From: Podospora anserina
Taxonomy: Eukaryota
Assembly (NCBI GenBank): GCA_017654855.1
Contig: CM030336.1
Coordinates: 1,054,001-1,118,000, forward strand
Direction of reading: 5' to 3'
Length of the DNA stretch: 64,000 nt
The notes under the pieces were generated by a model. That model was not told the DNA's origin, made no database searches, and saw only the letters and a list, made by a program, of their open reading frames with translations. Both the position numbers and the translations under genes were made by a program. Positions 26,021 through 38,586 of this stretch are shown here, piece by piece. Every line of letters begins with the position of its first letter. Within the stretch, counting starts at the first letter, position 1.

Positions 26021-27510
26021 TCACTTGGTCAACACAACACCAGACATATTCTCCAGATCCGTCACCGGCTTCACCACCCCCGTCCCATCATGCCCTCTCT
26101 CCACTCTATCCCCCATCTCAACCCCATTTGCCCCCTCGCCACCAACAAAGGCATCCACAGCCCCCCTATACCGTCCCGAAAAATTCACCGCCAACGCATA
26201 CGTCCAACTTGCCAAAAAGAAAACCATCGGCACCGCATGCCCAACGCCGTCCCCATCCTCCCCCCGTCACTATCCGCCACAGCAGCCAACAAAGGCGGCA
26301 CCACCGCACCCCCGAAAACCCCAGTAATGATCCCCGTCCCTCGTTTGGTATGCCTCCCCAACCCCCTCATCCCCAAAGCCACAATCGTAGGAAACCAAAT
26401 ACTCTCAAAGAACAAAACAACAAACGACATACTCATCCCCACGTTTCCCCTCTGCGTGATCGCCGGAGCGGTCAAATCCCAACACCTGGTCACAAACCCC
26501 AAAAAGACTTTCCTCGCCTTCACACAAGTCATGATCCCCACCCCTGCAAACCTCCCAACAGCAAACGCGCCTTCAGCTCCGGCAAGAAGCCTCGCCGCGG
26601 TGGCCGAGTCGGTGTCTGGTCTTGTCTCGGTGACATAGTTGATGAAATAAGTGTCCCTATCAGCCCCTCTCCCGTCTCTTCAACATCAAACTCAACCTAC
26701 CTCGCAACAGCAACCTGCGCCCCAGTATAACAAAACTCGGCAAACGCCGCATGAAAAAGCCTGTACTGCTTTCTGAAGGGCAACTCCTTTGCTACTGGCC
26801 CAATAGCATGTGGTTGCTCCTCAACATAAACTTGATACGCCTCCGTCCCCAACACCCTGCCCTTCTTCGCAGCCTCCTCCTCCTGCAGCGCCATGTCCGC
26901 GTCGGCCATCTCGGGTATCTCCGCCAGGATAAAAACACCCGCAAGGATGAAGACAAAGATGGCGATGGACATGTACACCCACTGGACATTCTGAAGCGCT
27001 TTCTCCTCGTTGTCGAAGCCGAAAAAGACGAATGAACCTAAAAGGGGGGCGACGATGCCGCCTATGCCGCTGAAGGCTTGGGCTAGGTTGATGCGCAGTT
27101 CGGCGTGTTTTGGGGGGCCACAGACTGGAGTGAGCGTGTTAGTAAAGGGTGGCTACCTTATGGGATCAAGGGGGAAAAGAGGTACCGGTTATGTAAGGGT
27201 CTGCGGCGGTCTCTAGGGAGCCGAGGCCGTTGCCGATGATGAAGATGAAGATGCAGAAGCCGGCCAAGGAGTGGGCGATTGTAGCGGGGATGCAAAGGAG
27301 GGCGCCGAGGCCATAGAGAAAGAGCCCCCAGATGAAGGTCGCGCGGTAGCCATAGTGGCGGAGGATCCAGGCTGCATGGCCGAGGGAGGCGATGGGGTAG
27401 GTTCTGTGTGGGTGGGTTTGGCATCTTAGTCAGCCCGGGATTCTTTTGATGGTTGACGAGAACTACAAACCCAAAGTAAGCCGCCTGCAACCCAGACGAT
27501 CATGCTTTCT
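26021..27510 (-). pseudogene. L-fucose/glucose-galactose permease-like MFS transporter pseudogene
   Basis: SSGLQAAYFG, ETAADPYIT, RINLAQAF, GGAVVPP motifs. TGA at 27500-27502 in KA*SSG, first TM and start absent, 1-bp frameshift near 26236. Confidence 0.85.
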
Positions 27511-27725
27511 GTCGAAACGAGTGGGGTCAAGCGGTCGGATCACCTCTGCGTGTAACAATAGTTTGGCATGAATTTGTGTCTCGCCATCCATTCGATGATT
27601 GAGATTGCGAACCCGGTGAGCAGCGACATCTTTTAGTTGATTGAGATGGGGGTGTCTACTTTGTGTATACCGTCTATCTTACCCTGGTTCTGTTCTTCCA
27701 CACCTTAACCGACTTTCTCTCTCCC

Positions 27726-28340
27726 TCACCGAGCCGATTCTTCATCCCCATCTTCCCCGTCTGGCTCAAACCTCATCACGATGGAGTAGATCGTTACTGC
27801 CACGGCATAACATCCAACGACTCCCACAGCCAACCACCCAACAACCGGCACATACGATGCAGCCGCCAACGCAATCATCAAAAAGGCCCCCATACACAGC
27901 ACATCTAGCGTGTTCATCACCATATCCGCCCACCGGTAATAGAAGCTCGAGGGCGGAGGAGGTCCACCAACCTTCAGCTGATTGTAGAACGACTGATTGT
28001 AGGTAAATACACTCAGACCCAGTGTGAGCGTGAAGAACAACCAGCTGACTGATATCAATAGTCGAACTGTTTCCAACGAAAACTTGAAGCCGTTGTGGCT
28101 GAGGTGTGCGGGGTCGGCGATAGGCGAGACAATCAAGGCAAAGGTGATCGGGCACCCAAGCGCCGAGATAGCCATGAGAGGCTTAAGGTATTCTTGGACG
28201 CAGACGAAGAAATCCGGGTTGGTGATGATGACGGAACTCCGACTGGACGGAGAACTTGAGGAGGCTCGAGCGGTGTGGGAAGAGTTGGTGGAGGCTCTTG
28301 AGGCCGGCCTATTAGAGGCTTGGCTACGGCGTCTTTCCAT
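27726..28340 (-). CDS. Small 4-TM membrane protein of unknown function with Ser/Arg-rich N-terminus
   Basis: Intronless ORF from ATG 28340 (the track start 28373 is GTG) with four hydrophobic helices. Confidence 0.75.
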   Translation of the reverse strand: MERRRSQASNRPASRASTNSSHTARASSSSPSSRSSVIITNPDFFVCVQEYLKPLMAISALGCPITFALIVSPIADPAHLSHNGFKFSLETVRLLISVSWLFFTLTLGLSVFTYNQSFYNQLKVGGPPPPSSFYYRWADMVMNTLDVLCMGAFLMIALAAASYVPVVGWLAVGVVGCYAVAVTIYSIVMRFEPDGEDGDEESAR

Positions 28341-28643
28341 GGTAAGTGATGATGTCGAAGATTGAATGGACACGATTTGAGGTTAAGAAACAAGGAAGAT
28401 CTTGAAAGAGCGATGTTCTGATACAAGTCACACAATCTGACGGCTGACATAATAGGACACCCGACAATTCGCAGCTCGGCATTTCTGTCTGCAGGCGACC
28501 CACGCAAGATGCCTGTCCAATAAGCGTCATCAAGTGGCTATCATCCCAACAATACCCCTCCCTCTGCCAACATGCAAGCGGGGTAAATATTTCAACTACA
28601 TCTCTACTCAATTGACACCTCCTGGACATCCCCTGCGTTCAAG

Positions 28644-30465
28644 ATGCGCCTGTTACACACCACTACATACGAGCTGGAAGAGTTTATCGGGGATACAATC
28701 CCCCCATATGCCATTTTATCCCACACCTGGGAAGGGAAGGAGGTCACACTTCGTGATATGCAAGAGCCTAATGCGTTCTACAATCTCAGCGACCCCCCTA
28801 ATGCAGCCTAGAAGAAGATCGCAAACGCCTGCCAGGTAGCACGTCGGCGATTTTTCAAATACATTTGGATCGATACTTGCTGTATCGATAAGTCTAGCAG
28901 CGCCGAGCTTCAAGAGGCTATCAACTCCATGTTTCAGTGGTATGCCTATGCTGAGGTTTGCTTCGTCTCCTTGAGCGATCTTGAACCGCTATCATGTCCC
29001 TATCCAGAGGAAATCGACTTTAGGAATGATCCCGCCAGGGTGAGCCAAAGCCATTGGTTTACAAGAGGCTGGACCTTGCAAGAGCTTCTGGCGCCAGCGA
29101 AAGTGGAGTTTTACGACAGGACTTGGTACTTTCGGTTTACTCGTGGGAGTCAAGCTGCAGACATTATGTCCAAGATCAAAATCAATGAGCATCTAGTAAG
29201 GAACCGGGGAAAACGGACGTCAAGGAACTGCATCACACTTTTCGGAAAGTGAGCGAAGCTCAGAGGATGTCGTGGGCGGCTGGGAGACAGACTACAAGAA
29301 TCGAAGACCAAGCCTACTGCCTACTCGGAGAGTGAACGATGACTGCACATTATTCGCCTGGGGACTTGGTCTTCCTGCGATACCAATGTCGACGAATTTC
29401 AGAGGACAGGCAGGATTTTGGCTATACTACGACTCTCCTGTCGATGCTCCCGCGCGTAGCCCAGCAGACTTTCGGTCCCCGACAGGCTTATTAAGACCTT
29501 ATAAAGGTGCCGAGAAATTCAGACGTCCGACCTTTTCTCCAAATCAGCAAGGCATGAGCATCAGCCTACCGCTGAAACAAGACCCAGTCTTTCACCATAC
29601 GGGGTACGGAATTCATGGCATTGAGCCTCTCAGTGGGCACGGTATTATAGTTCCATTAACACGCAGGTCCTATTTTCAGCGGGAGCATGGCGATGATGAC
29701 TTTTGCCATTCAAGCTGGTTGGGTCCAGTCAAAGTTCCGAGAAGCTCCATGGACGGCGCCAAATGGGCTTCAATCACCATCTGTTCCCCTTGGGTCGCTG
29801 CCAAATGGAGTTCTCCTGAGAGGGAACTCACTGAGTCGCCACTACCCATACCTACCATACGCATAGCTCTATCTATTTATCACGGTCTGTGTGGATGCCA
29901 CAACGCTGATGACTTTGCTGTCAAGAAAATATATTCGGATGCTTTTCCATTTCCAGTCATGTTTAGGCCTCTTCAGGCAGGGTTACCTCGCCCTATCTGG
30001 GACGCACTGGGGGGCGCCTTGTCGCACCTCGACAATGTTTCCGTCGGGTAGTGGTTGAATAAAATAATGAAATCCAACCTTCAAGGGACCACTCGAAGTT
30101 TGTGGTTGGGGTTTGACATCGGCTGTGCCAATTACCGAAGGCTGTTCTTGGTGAGGTTACGGGCCGGACAAAAGTTGATTCAAGGCATGATGATCTTCAT
30201 CCCGGATTCGGTTCAAGGTCACCAATCTCTGCTCGGCTATCTTCAAAACGCAGTGCAAGGCAATCTGGCGGGGTACCAGTGGCTTAATGCCATTCCAGAT
30301 CATCCATTCGGGGTTCAGCTTCTTACCTTTGCCGACGAAGGGAGGACCCAGCAAGTACTCGTACCCAAAAGAACCATTGTGGCAGTTCTATTGACCTCTG
30401 GGGCATCACATGACAGATATGTATGTGCTCAAAGGAGGAGTTTGGATCAAAAGTCTAGGTGGTGA
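28644..30465 (+). pseudogene. HET-domain gene (HET-E-like N-terminal type) pseudogene
   Basis: MRLLHT..PYAILSHTW..WIDTCCIDKSSSAELQEAINSMFQWY..WFTRGWTLQELLAP..QRMSWAAGRQTTRIEDQAYCLLG. TAG at 28809, frameshift at ~29210, apparent deletion after YCLLG, TAG at 30049. Confidence 0.9.
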
Positions 30466-31076
30466 AGAGATGTGTGGATACCGGACCCTTTTGTGGGTGT
30501 CGATGATCTTCAGGGGCTTCGTTGCCTGGGGTGATTAGTAGCTTCAGGAAGACTTGTCCACAACACAAAGACTCAATTGCAATATGATGGTGTGGACAGA
30601 AGACTTCTTGTATCCGTCAGCGGCAAAAAGCCTTAATATTTACGATGTCCGTTCGATTTTGTCAGCTTCACCGTGTCCTAACTTCGGTTCTGGAGTGTCG
30701 AAGGTGGCGTGCGTTCGCCGGGGGCGGGTACTGTGCCCGACAACAACACGCCACCCAATCAAAACATGGCACATGCCCCACTTCCCCGACCGCCTCGGCT
30801 CGTCCCGAGACCTGAGACATGCGGTGAGCTTCACAGCTTCCAGAACATCATCTCTGAAAATATCATCAGCTTACAAACACTTCTTGACTTTGTTCACACC
30901 AGCTTTTAGTTTTCACTTTTTACTAGTGCAAGGCAACGGCCACCCAACTCAGCAAATCCCACTTCAGCCCGGTTCGTTCATCGAACTTTCTTGCCACCAC
31001 CATCTCATTTTTCATCCCCAAAAACATCTCACCGCACCAGCATCAACAACCGCACATTAATACCACCACCACCACA

Positions 31077-33160
31077 ATGTCCACCTTCCTCTCCCTTCCC
31101 AATCCCCCCCTCCCACCCCCCCTCGCGGCCCTCTCCCGCGCCGCAACCCGTCAAGAACCTTCCTCAGGCCACAGCACCAACATCCGCCCCCTCCGCCACC
31201 GCCTCCCCCCCTCCTCCTGCCCCAACCCCCTCACCCTCCTCTCCCCCCCCTCCGACCCGCTTCCCAAGCAGAACGAGACAATTTTCCAATCCTTCGAATG
31301 GTACACGCCCCCTTCCAGCACCACCCCCAAATCCCACTGGTCCCTCCTCACCACCCTCCTCCCCTCCCTTTCCCAACTCGGCATAACCAAAATCTGGATT
31401 CCCCCCGCCTGCAAAGCAGCCGACGCGAAAAACGGAAACGGGTATGACATCTACGACCTGTGGGACCTAGGCGAGTTTGAACAGAAGGGCTCCACCCCGA
31501 CAAAATGGGGGTCAAAAGCGCAACTGGAGGAGCTTTGTAGAGTGGCGGAGGGGAGGGGGGTGAAAGTTTTGTTTGATGCAGTGCTGAATCACAAAACTGG
31601 AGCGGACTACAAAGAGAGGGTCAAGGCGAAGAAGGTTGACCCCTTGGACCGGAATAGGGAACTAGATGGGGGGGAGGTGAGGGAGATTGAGAGTTGGACG
31701 GGGTTTACGTTCCCGGGGCGGGGGGGGAGGTACAGTGGTCGAGAATGGGACAGGAGACATTTTACGGGGGTGGATTGGGATGACTTGACTAGGGAAAAGG
31801 GGGTTTGGAAGCTGGGGGGGAAGGAGTGGTGTGTGGATGTGGATGAGGAGGTGGGGAATTATGACTTTTTGTGAGTTCACCATGGGCATTTGGGAAGGTA
31901 AGGGAGTGCTGATGAAGTGAACAACAGAATGTTTGCCGATGTTGACCACCGACATCCGGACGTGCAGCAGGATGCTTTTGATTGGGTAAAGTGGCTGCCG
32001 ACGCAGCTCAAGATTGGAGGGTTGAGGTTGGATGCGATTAAGCATTATAGCTTCCAGTTTCAGAAGAGACTGCTGAGGCACATTGACGATAATGTTGAGA
32101 AGGGAAAGGACTGGTTTATTGTTGGGGAGTACTGGAGAGAGGACTCTGAGTTCTTGGCCAAGTATATTGAGTATATGGACCACCGGATTTCGCTGTTCGA
32201 TGTGCCGTTGTGCTCTAATTTGAGCAAGATATCTATGGCTGGGGAGAGAGGCGACCTAAGGGACCTGTTCAAGGATGCTTTGTGTTTGTGGAAGCCTAAT
32301 AACGTTGTGGTAAGCCCCTTAAACCTTCTGACAAGTGACAAAGTTTAGCTTTCGACTAACGTGTATTGCATCAGACATTCGTTGTTAATCACGACACACA
32401 ACAAGGCCAGTCCCTTGAGGTACGCTCCCGTGACATATCACGTCTTCCATAACGTTGACTAATCGTCAGCATCACAGACTCCCGTAGCCCCCTGGTTTCT
32501 ACCCCACGCCTATACCCTCATCCTCCTCCGCGCCAACACCGGCGTGCCCTGCGTATTTTGGTCTGACCTCTACGGCTCCTTCGCCTCCGGTCCCTCTTCT
32601 TTCATCCCTCCCATGTCCGGGAATCCCACCCTCCTCGCTCGCCTCATCCTCATCCGCAAGCTCTACGCCTATGGCACCCAGCATGATCTCTTTTCCCACC
32701 AACACTGTGTCGGTTTCACTCGTGAGGGTCACTCCGCCCACGGTGGGGGTGCTGGGCTAGCGGCGGTGATGGGTAATCAGTGGGGCCTGTCAAAGCTGAG
32801 AATGTACGTTGGGAAACACCACAGTGGGGAGAAATGGATCGATTTCTTGAGACTGTGTCCCGGGGAGGTCATGATTGATGATGAGGGTTGGGGGGAGTTT
32901 CCTGTGTCGGGCAACAGGGGTTGCTCGGTTTGGGTCAGTGAGACAGCAGAAGGGAAGGATGAGGTTATCAACCTCAAATTGTAAGTCGGAGCCTTGATGC
33001 TCGTGGTTCCCTGGCACCCAGCGCTGACCATGATAGTAATTCGGATATCTATGGCATCGAGGCCGAGATGAACAGGCGACAATCCATGTTCGAGAGAAGA
33101 CAGTATGAAATCGAGAGCATGAGCCGGAGAGCCCTTGCAAGCAATCTTCCAACCGTTTAA
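31077..33160 (+). CDS. Intracellular alpha-amylase, GH13 (bacterial-like, GH13_5 type)
   Basis: FQSFEWY, GYDIYDLWDLGEF, DAVLNHK, RLDAIKH, VGEYW, FVVNHD; four predicted introns, the last giving F|NSDIYG...LPTV*; no signal peptide. Confidence 0.92.
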
Positions 33161-33194
33161 ATCTAGATATGTAGCCTGATAACCGAAATAAATA

Positions 33195-35648
33195 TCACGT
33201 TATTCGAAAGTCAATACACTCCTCCTCATGAAACGCTTCCCCATCCATGACTCCGTGGACGTATGCTTCGCCAATGAACTGCATTGATCCATCTTCTCTC
33301 GGACGGAGGATCATTGGCACCCTGCCGCCTCGAAGCAGAGCCACTTTGTCCCCAACCTCGGTGAGCTTAGGCAGGAGACAAACCCGTTTTGACGCGGTAA
33401 TCCCAAGTCGCCTGCGGGGCGTATGCGTTGTATATGTCGCAAAAGCCTCAGGCAGGTCGTCATCTTCCATTTTGACAAAGGTGGTGACCGCAGCCAATGT
33501 GGTGTACGTCTTTGGTGCATATCGATCAATCCTCTTCTTCAGCTTTCGAATCGAGTACACCGCCTGGAGCCATCCGTCAAAGCGGCTATCGAATACCGAT
33601 GGTTCCAGCGGACAAGGCGTTGCTGTCGTGATAGTATCTCGGAAAATGGCGCGGCGGTCTTCATGCGGCTCGCCCAGCTCTGCAGCAACAAACTCATCCC
33701 ACTGCAGAAACGTTTCCCTCATTTCCACAACATTCCCAAAGATCTCGAGAAATGCCTTGGCGACATATGGCACAGCCATTCTCATTCCTTTCCACCATGC
33801 AGATATAAAATGCCGGATGGGTCTTTCGGGATCCAAATCTTCCCACCGGTCGGGAAAGCTGTCGGCTTCAGCGATCATCGCAGGATCGTTTAGCATGTGG
33901 TCCAGGGACCCTTCGTTGCGGTCGTCCTGATTTGGTGGTACCTGCGTCCTCCCGAGTTTGGCGATCGTGTCGATGATGTGACCGTCGAGAAGCAAGGTTT
34001 TGTCGTTGTTCTCCCATCGGGGGTTGGATCTTAGTCCTCTAGAAGCGTGAGTAGTTCGCGGTTGGCCTTTTGCGTCGTTCATCAGCGGGAGCGCGAGGTT
34101 TCCAACGGAGCCCCAATCAGGAATCCAGGACGGGAGATTGGTGACTCTCGGTATCTTGTATGGGTAGCAGAACCCAAGAGCATCGAGATTGCCAGATTGT
34201 TGTAACAAGGATTTCGTCGCTTGGCGGTACACATCCTCGGCATCCAACCGATAGTCAACCTCAATACCCACATCACGGCCTTCGCTGAATAGACCCATCA
34301 ATCCAAAGATCTTGTCCTGAGGCATCTTGCAATCACGCCAGTGGGACGAGGCGAGATAGTGGAGGAGCTCGTCCCCGACATCTTCAGTAACGAGCTCCGA
34401 CCCGGGCTGTCTCGCCTCTCTGATAGCGTTGACCAGGTTGAGCGGCTCAACACCAGAGTTGGTCTTGCTCCCGGCATATATCTCGGAAAAGTCGCCAAAG
34501 CCCAATGCTGTATAGTAAGGAATGGCAACACAGAGAAGATCCCAGCCCAGCTCGTGTCTTTCCATGCACAAGCGCGCCTCCTTTGCAAGTACAATCTCCT
34601 GCAGCGTCCAAATACGAGTCCACCACGGATTCTCCAAAAAGATGACGTTCCATTTGGGCTTCAGCTTTTTAATACGGTCGTACGTCGTCCCATCTTCATC
34701 CTTTTCTCCCTGCTTTGGAACAACCTCACGGCCCTCCTCTGCGAGCTTCCGCGCCTCGTTGCCCAGGATCTCGATGGCTTTAAAAAGAGGATCAATCCCC
34801 GCTAAGTGATCAAGCCATTTCCCTTCAGAATAGGTAAGCCGGTCCGTATTCAGGGCCCCCAGTAAGCAGCATGGACAGCCTAGCCAGACAAGAGTGCGGG
34901 CCGCCTTGGTGTAGATGTCGCCCATCAGCATGACTTGGCTGTTGCGCTCATCCATGTCTTCTTGGTTGATGCATACTGCGTCCACCCACAAAATACGGGA
35001 CTTTTCCTGATATCTCAGGTGGAGAAGAGCGCTGCGGAGGTTTCTGCCAATCTGTACGGTGGCGCCGTCGATTTGGATTGGCGTTGTCTCGGTGATGTCG
35101 CCCCAAACGTAGGAGAGGGCTTCGAAGCCTTCATCGTCATCGTCGTCTGTCCATGGGTTGTTCAGGTCCAATTCGATGAGCTGACATTCGATGTCAGCGT
35201 CGGCTCTCCCAGGAAGCAAGGTCAGAACCCGGATGGCTGACTTGGTCGTTGACGGGAGCGGAGTGTATTTGTATGGAGAGGTGGTGGATTTGTTGGTGTA
35301 ACAGTATGCTTCTGGCTTAGGCGTATCCTCCGTCACGGGGTCGCTATGGTTGGAAGTCTGATCTTTAGTCGATGTTTGTGTCGGTGCTGATGGCCCAGTT
35401 TCGGTTTGGCTGGTCTGAGTGGTGGTCGACTTTGGCACCGAATCATGTTCGTTGGCCCAGTCTTCGAAACGCTTCCATCCGCTATGTAATTTTTTGAACA
35501 TGATTGAGTTACCTCTTGAGTCGCCGCTGCCTGTTTGACCATCAGTGCGGGGAAGTCTGCAAGTCTCTGCTGGCGGCTTCTTTCCTGAAGGAAGTCCAAA
35601 TTGTGCTGCCAAGCAGGGACCGCCAAGGAATCCCTTGGCCAATGACAT
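33195..35648 (-). CDS. HET-6-like HET-domain protein, intronless
   Basis: YTPL..IRVLTLLPG, FEALSYVWG, LWVDAVCINQ, MGDIY, WWTRIWTLQE, DKIFGL, LPSWIPDW, GEAYVHGVMDGE. Alternative start at 35501. Confidence 0.93.
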   Translation of the reverse strand: MSLAKGFLGGPCLAAQFGLPSGKKPPAETCRLPRTDGQTGSGDSRGNSIMFKKLHSGWKRFEDWANEHDSVPKSTTTQTSQTETGPSAPTQTSTKDQTSNHSDPVTEDTPKPEAYCYTNKSTTSPYKYTPLPSTTKSAIRVLTLLPGRADADIECQLIELDLNNPWTDDDDDEGFEALSYVWGDITETTPIQIDGATVQIGRNLRSALLHLRYQEKSRILWVDAVCINQEDMDERNSQVMLMGDIYTKAARTLVWLGCPCCLLGALNTDRLTYSEGKWLDHLAGIDPLFKAIEILGNEARKLAEEGREVVPKQGEKDEDGTTYDRIKKLKPKWNVIFLENPWWTRIWTLQEIVLAKEARLCMERHELGWDLLCVAIPYYTALGFGDFSEIYAGSKTNSGVEPLNLVNAIREARQPGSELVTEDVGDELLHYLASSHWRDCKMPQDKIFGLMGLFSEGRDVGIEVDYRLDAEDVYRQATKSLLQQSGNLDALGFCYPYKIPRVTNLPSWIPDWGSVGNLALPLMNDAKGQPRTTHASRGLRSNPRWENNDKTLLLDGHIIDTIAKLGRTQVPPNQDDRNEGSLDHMLNDPAMIAEADSFPDRWEDLDPERPIRHFISAWWKGMRMAVPYVAKAFLEIFGNVVEMRETFLQWDEFVAAELGEPHEDRRAIFRDTITTATPCPLEPSVFDSRFDGWLQAVYSIRKLKKRIDRYAPKTYTTLAAVTTFVKMEDDDLPEAFATYTTHTPRRRLGITASKRVCLLPKLTEVGDKVALLRGGRVPMILRPREDGSMQFIGEAYVHGVMDGEAFHEEECIDFRIT

Positions 35649-36976
35649 TTCACCTTTTCATGCACAGCCCTCCTGCTGACATTTTCCCCTCTCAAAGAAA
35701 GTGATTTTAATTTCAATTGACAAGATACCACTGGCAGTCAACCGCGAGCAGCACCATATCGACATATATCTACCACCATGTCGGCAATCCCACCATCCTA
35801 ACCCTTCGATTATTCCCGAGCGACGACGACGACGCTCCTTTGGAAGCGGAGCTGACCAAATTGTCTCTTGCAACTCTTCCCCATTGAATACTTTCATATG
35901 GATGGGGAGACTGCAGAAAGCCCTTCACGATCACTATCAACGGCTCATCTCTTCCGATCCCCATTGCCAGGTCGTGGACGTTCCGTGCCTCCGATCCCTC
36001 CCCGTTTTAACAAACATTGTTTCCCATTTCATCAATGTATTGAAAATGACCACCAAACTCAAATTGACTGCTCGCTCGCACCAAGCCCACCACACTGCAA
36101 TATTGAGCAGCTGACATCCCAACAAGGCAACATATCAGATGTCGGTGTTGGCAACCCAGTTGAGCACCACCACTCAACCCCCAACACATGACCGATATCC
36201 CCGACATGATCAAACAAACAAGCGGCACAGCAAGCAACAAACCACCACCCCCTTACGGTCAGCCCAGGCACACGACCCGAGAGGTCGGAAACGAAAAGAT
36301 GAATGGTCGCACTGCAGCTCGCGTAGCCCCTCCCTCCCCACCTATCCGCAGTCTTGGTCAGAATTTGTCACGTTTTGCCGGGCGGCGCTGCATGTCTACC
36401 TATCTAGCTACCGTAACACATTCCTGTTCTAGATTGGATTCAACTTCCGATTCTCTATGCCTGTTGTTACACTGTGATGGATGATATTTTTGTGGCGGCG
36501 TTATCTGTGGAACCAAAAGGACATCCTACCCACAGGGTAGGCCGGGTGGTATATATCTATCTCTACAGTGTTAGTCTACATTGACACAAAAACTAAACGC
36601 CCGAGTACCCCCTCGCGTATGTCAAGACCCTAGTTTTGTCTGGGGCCCGGAAAACACATCCGCACGCGTGAATCCTGGGTAGGTCGTCATGCTCCGCAAT
36701 TAGGGCTCATCTCACCTTCAACGGTCACCAGCGGCGTAGACAAATGATAAGATCGTTGCATCCGCTGATTCCGAACAACATCATTTCCCGTGGTGATTGT
36801 TCTCATTTATTTCACTACCGGAATGTGATCCGAGGAGTCTACTCAGTGTGTCAACCTGCGAGGCGCAAACAACACCGCCATCAACGCACCTTTTGGAGAG
36901 TGTCGTACTGCTGCGTTACCACAGTATTCAAAGCGACTTCAGAACAATCACATTCTTGACCCATTCAACCAAGTAA

Positions 36977-36979
<3 letters not shown>

Positions 36980-37007
<28 letters not shown>
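36980..37007. repeat. Poly(A) homopolymer
   Basis: About 28 consecutive A. Confidence 0.95.
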
Positions 37008-37080
37008 CCGTTGAATCAGGGGTATTATGATGTGCAAAAAAAAAAAACACAACCACAACAAGAACTCAGCCAAATTGATC

Positions 37081-38586
37081 TCACTGCAAACTCCACCTCC
37101 TCACCTCCCCCACCCTCCACTTCCACATCTCCCCCGCCAGCATCTCCTGCTGCGTAGCCACAAACTCCTGCACATGGCCCAGCATAGCCTGCACAAACTT
37201 CCTATGCCCCTTCCCCCCCGACATCATATTCTCGACACTGTGCTCCATCTCCTTGATCTTGCCCAACAGCCCCGGCGTGGTCGGTCTGTTAGGGTTCACA
37301 GTCTTCAACTGACTCACCGCGCTGGCCCCATTCGCAGGCCTCTTCTCCTTGAGAATCGCCCCTTCAATTTCCCGTAACATGCTGTAGATACTGGGGTGTA
37401 AGAAACTGCTCGCCTCGAGCTTCATGTTTTGGAGCTCGAGGTCCTTGTAGATGCGCTTGACGCTGGTTTTGTTGGTGTTCTTCTGGCGTTCGAGATAGTC
37501 CCGCATGTGAGTGAGGACCTTTTCCTTTTCTATCCTCCGTTGGGCTGGTAAGGGTGTTAGTTGCGGCGACGTGGAGGAAGGGATGAAGAGAGGAATACCA
37601 TCTAGCCCGCGCGGCCCATGTGCTTGTAGACATCCCACTGGTGTCGCGAGGACAGCTTGTGTTTGCCCTGTCCAGTCCCATATCACAGTCCTAATCTCTC
37701 GCTTGAATGCCTCCTCCCATTCCAACACAAGGGCAATGTTTGCCAGCTGGAGCGAGGTCAATCGAGAGCGGGATCCCGGCTCTGTTTGCCAGGAGAATTT
37801 GGGACTGGATGAGGACGAGGAGAGACTCGCATAAGATCGTCGAGCTGCTTTGCGAACGACGGCTCTGGACGCAGCTAGTTGGCCGTCGTCGTCGACAGCT
37901 TGCCAGGTGAGGCTTGCTGGGAATAGGGTAGGGTTGATCTGGAATGCCCACATGACATTGCATTCCTGTGAGAGGAGAGATACTCGTTGCTTTCGGCCGG
38001 CGGTGCCCGGGCCAACGAGGTCGAGAACACGGATAGCCGTGGCTTCGTCGATGCCATCGCCTACCACGGGCGTCCACCACAGCTCGGGGTGAAGACGCAA
38101 CTCTTCCACTCTTGTCCTGATCAAAGGGGAAAGAGAACAGAGAATGTTCACCCGCTCTGGTGACCAGTCGGGTGTGATACCATTTGACCCATCTCCTTTG
38201 TTGGGAGGGCAAATGCGGATGCTCTGGCAAACGGGATCTGGGGGCGGTTGGCTGGCGTCTTGCAGCATGGGGACTGCACCTGGCTAAGATCAGCAGACCA
38301 CTCTGAAGCAGTGAGTGTGGACAAGAGAGTTACCTGAGCGGGTGTCGCCAGCATTCATGGGCCACCCGCTAGTGCTGGAGAATGTCGGTTCTCCTTTGTT
38401 CGGGCCTGGTGACCCAGACGCCTGCGATATCCTGTCTGTCTCTGCTGGGGACGGAGGCCAAAAGCTAGGTGAAGAAGCCATCGCGGGCGAGTTTGAAGGG
38501 ATCAAAAAGGTTCCAGAGAGGGCCTGCGCCAGGTCGATCGCTGAATGAGGGTCATACCCGGCCTCAGCGTCAAGTGACCCCTGCAT
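37081..38586 (-). CDS. Hypothetical protein (one intron), no recognised domain
   Basis: Intron 38280-38333 (GTAACT...CTGAT...CCAG) joins ORF 38290-38892 in frame with ORF 37081-38268. The start codon is uncertain. Confidence 0.65.

Noticed and set aside
35280-35648. T/S/Q-rich N-terminus of the HET-6-like protein as an amyloid signalling motif
   Set aside because: No HRAM/PP/sigma-like pattern and no adjacent NLR; looks like a plain disordered linker.
36400-36960. Possible snRNA/snoRNA (ATTTTTG and TGAT motifs)
   Set aside because: Motifs are too short and no convincing structure; would need an Infernal/Rfam search.
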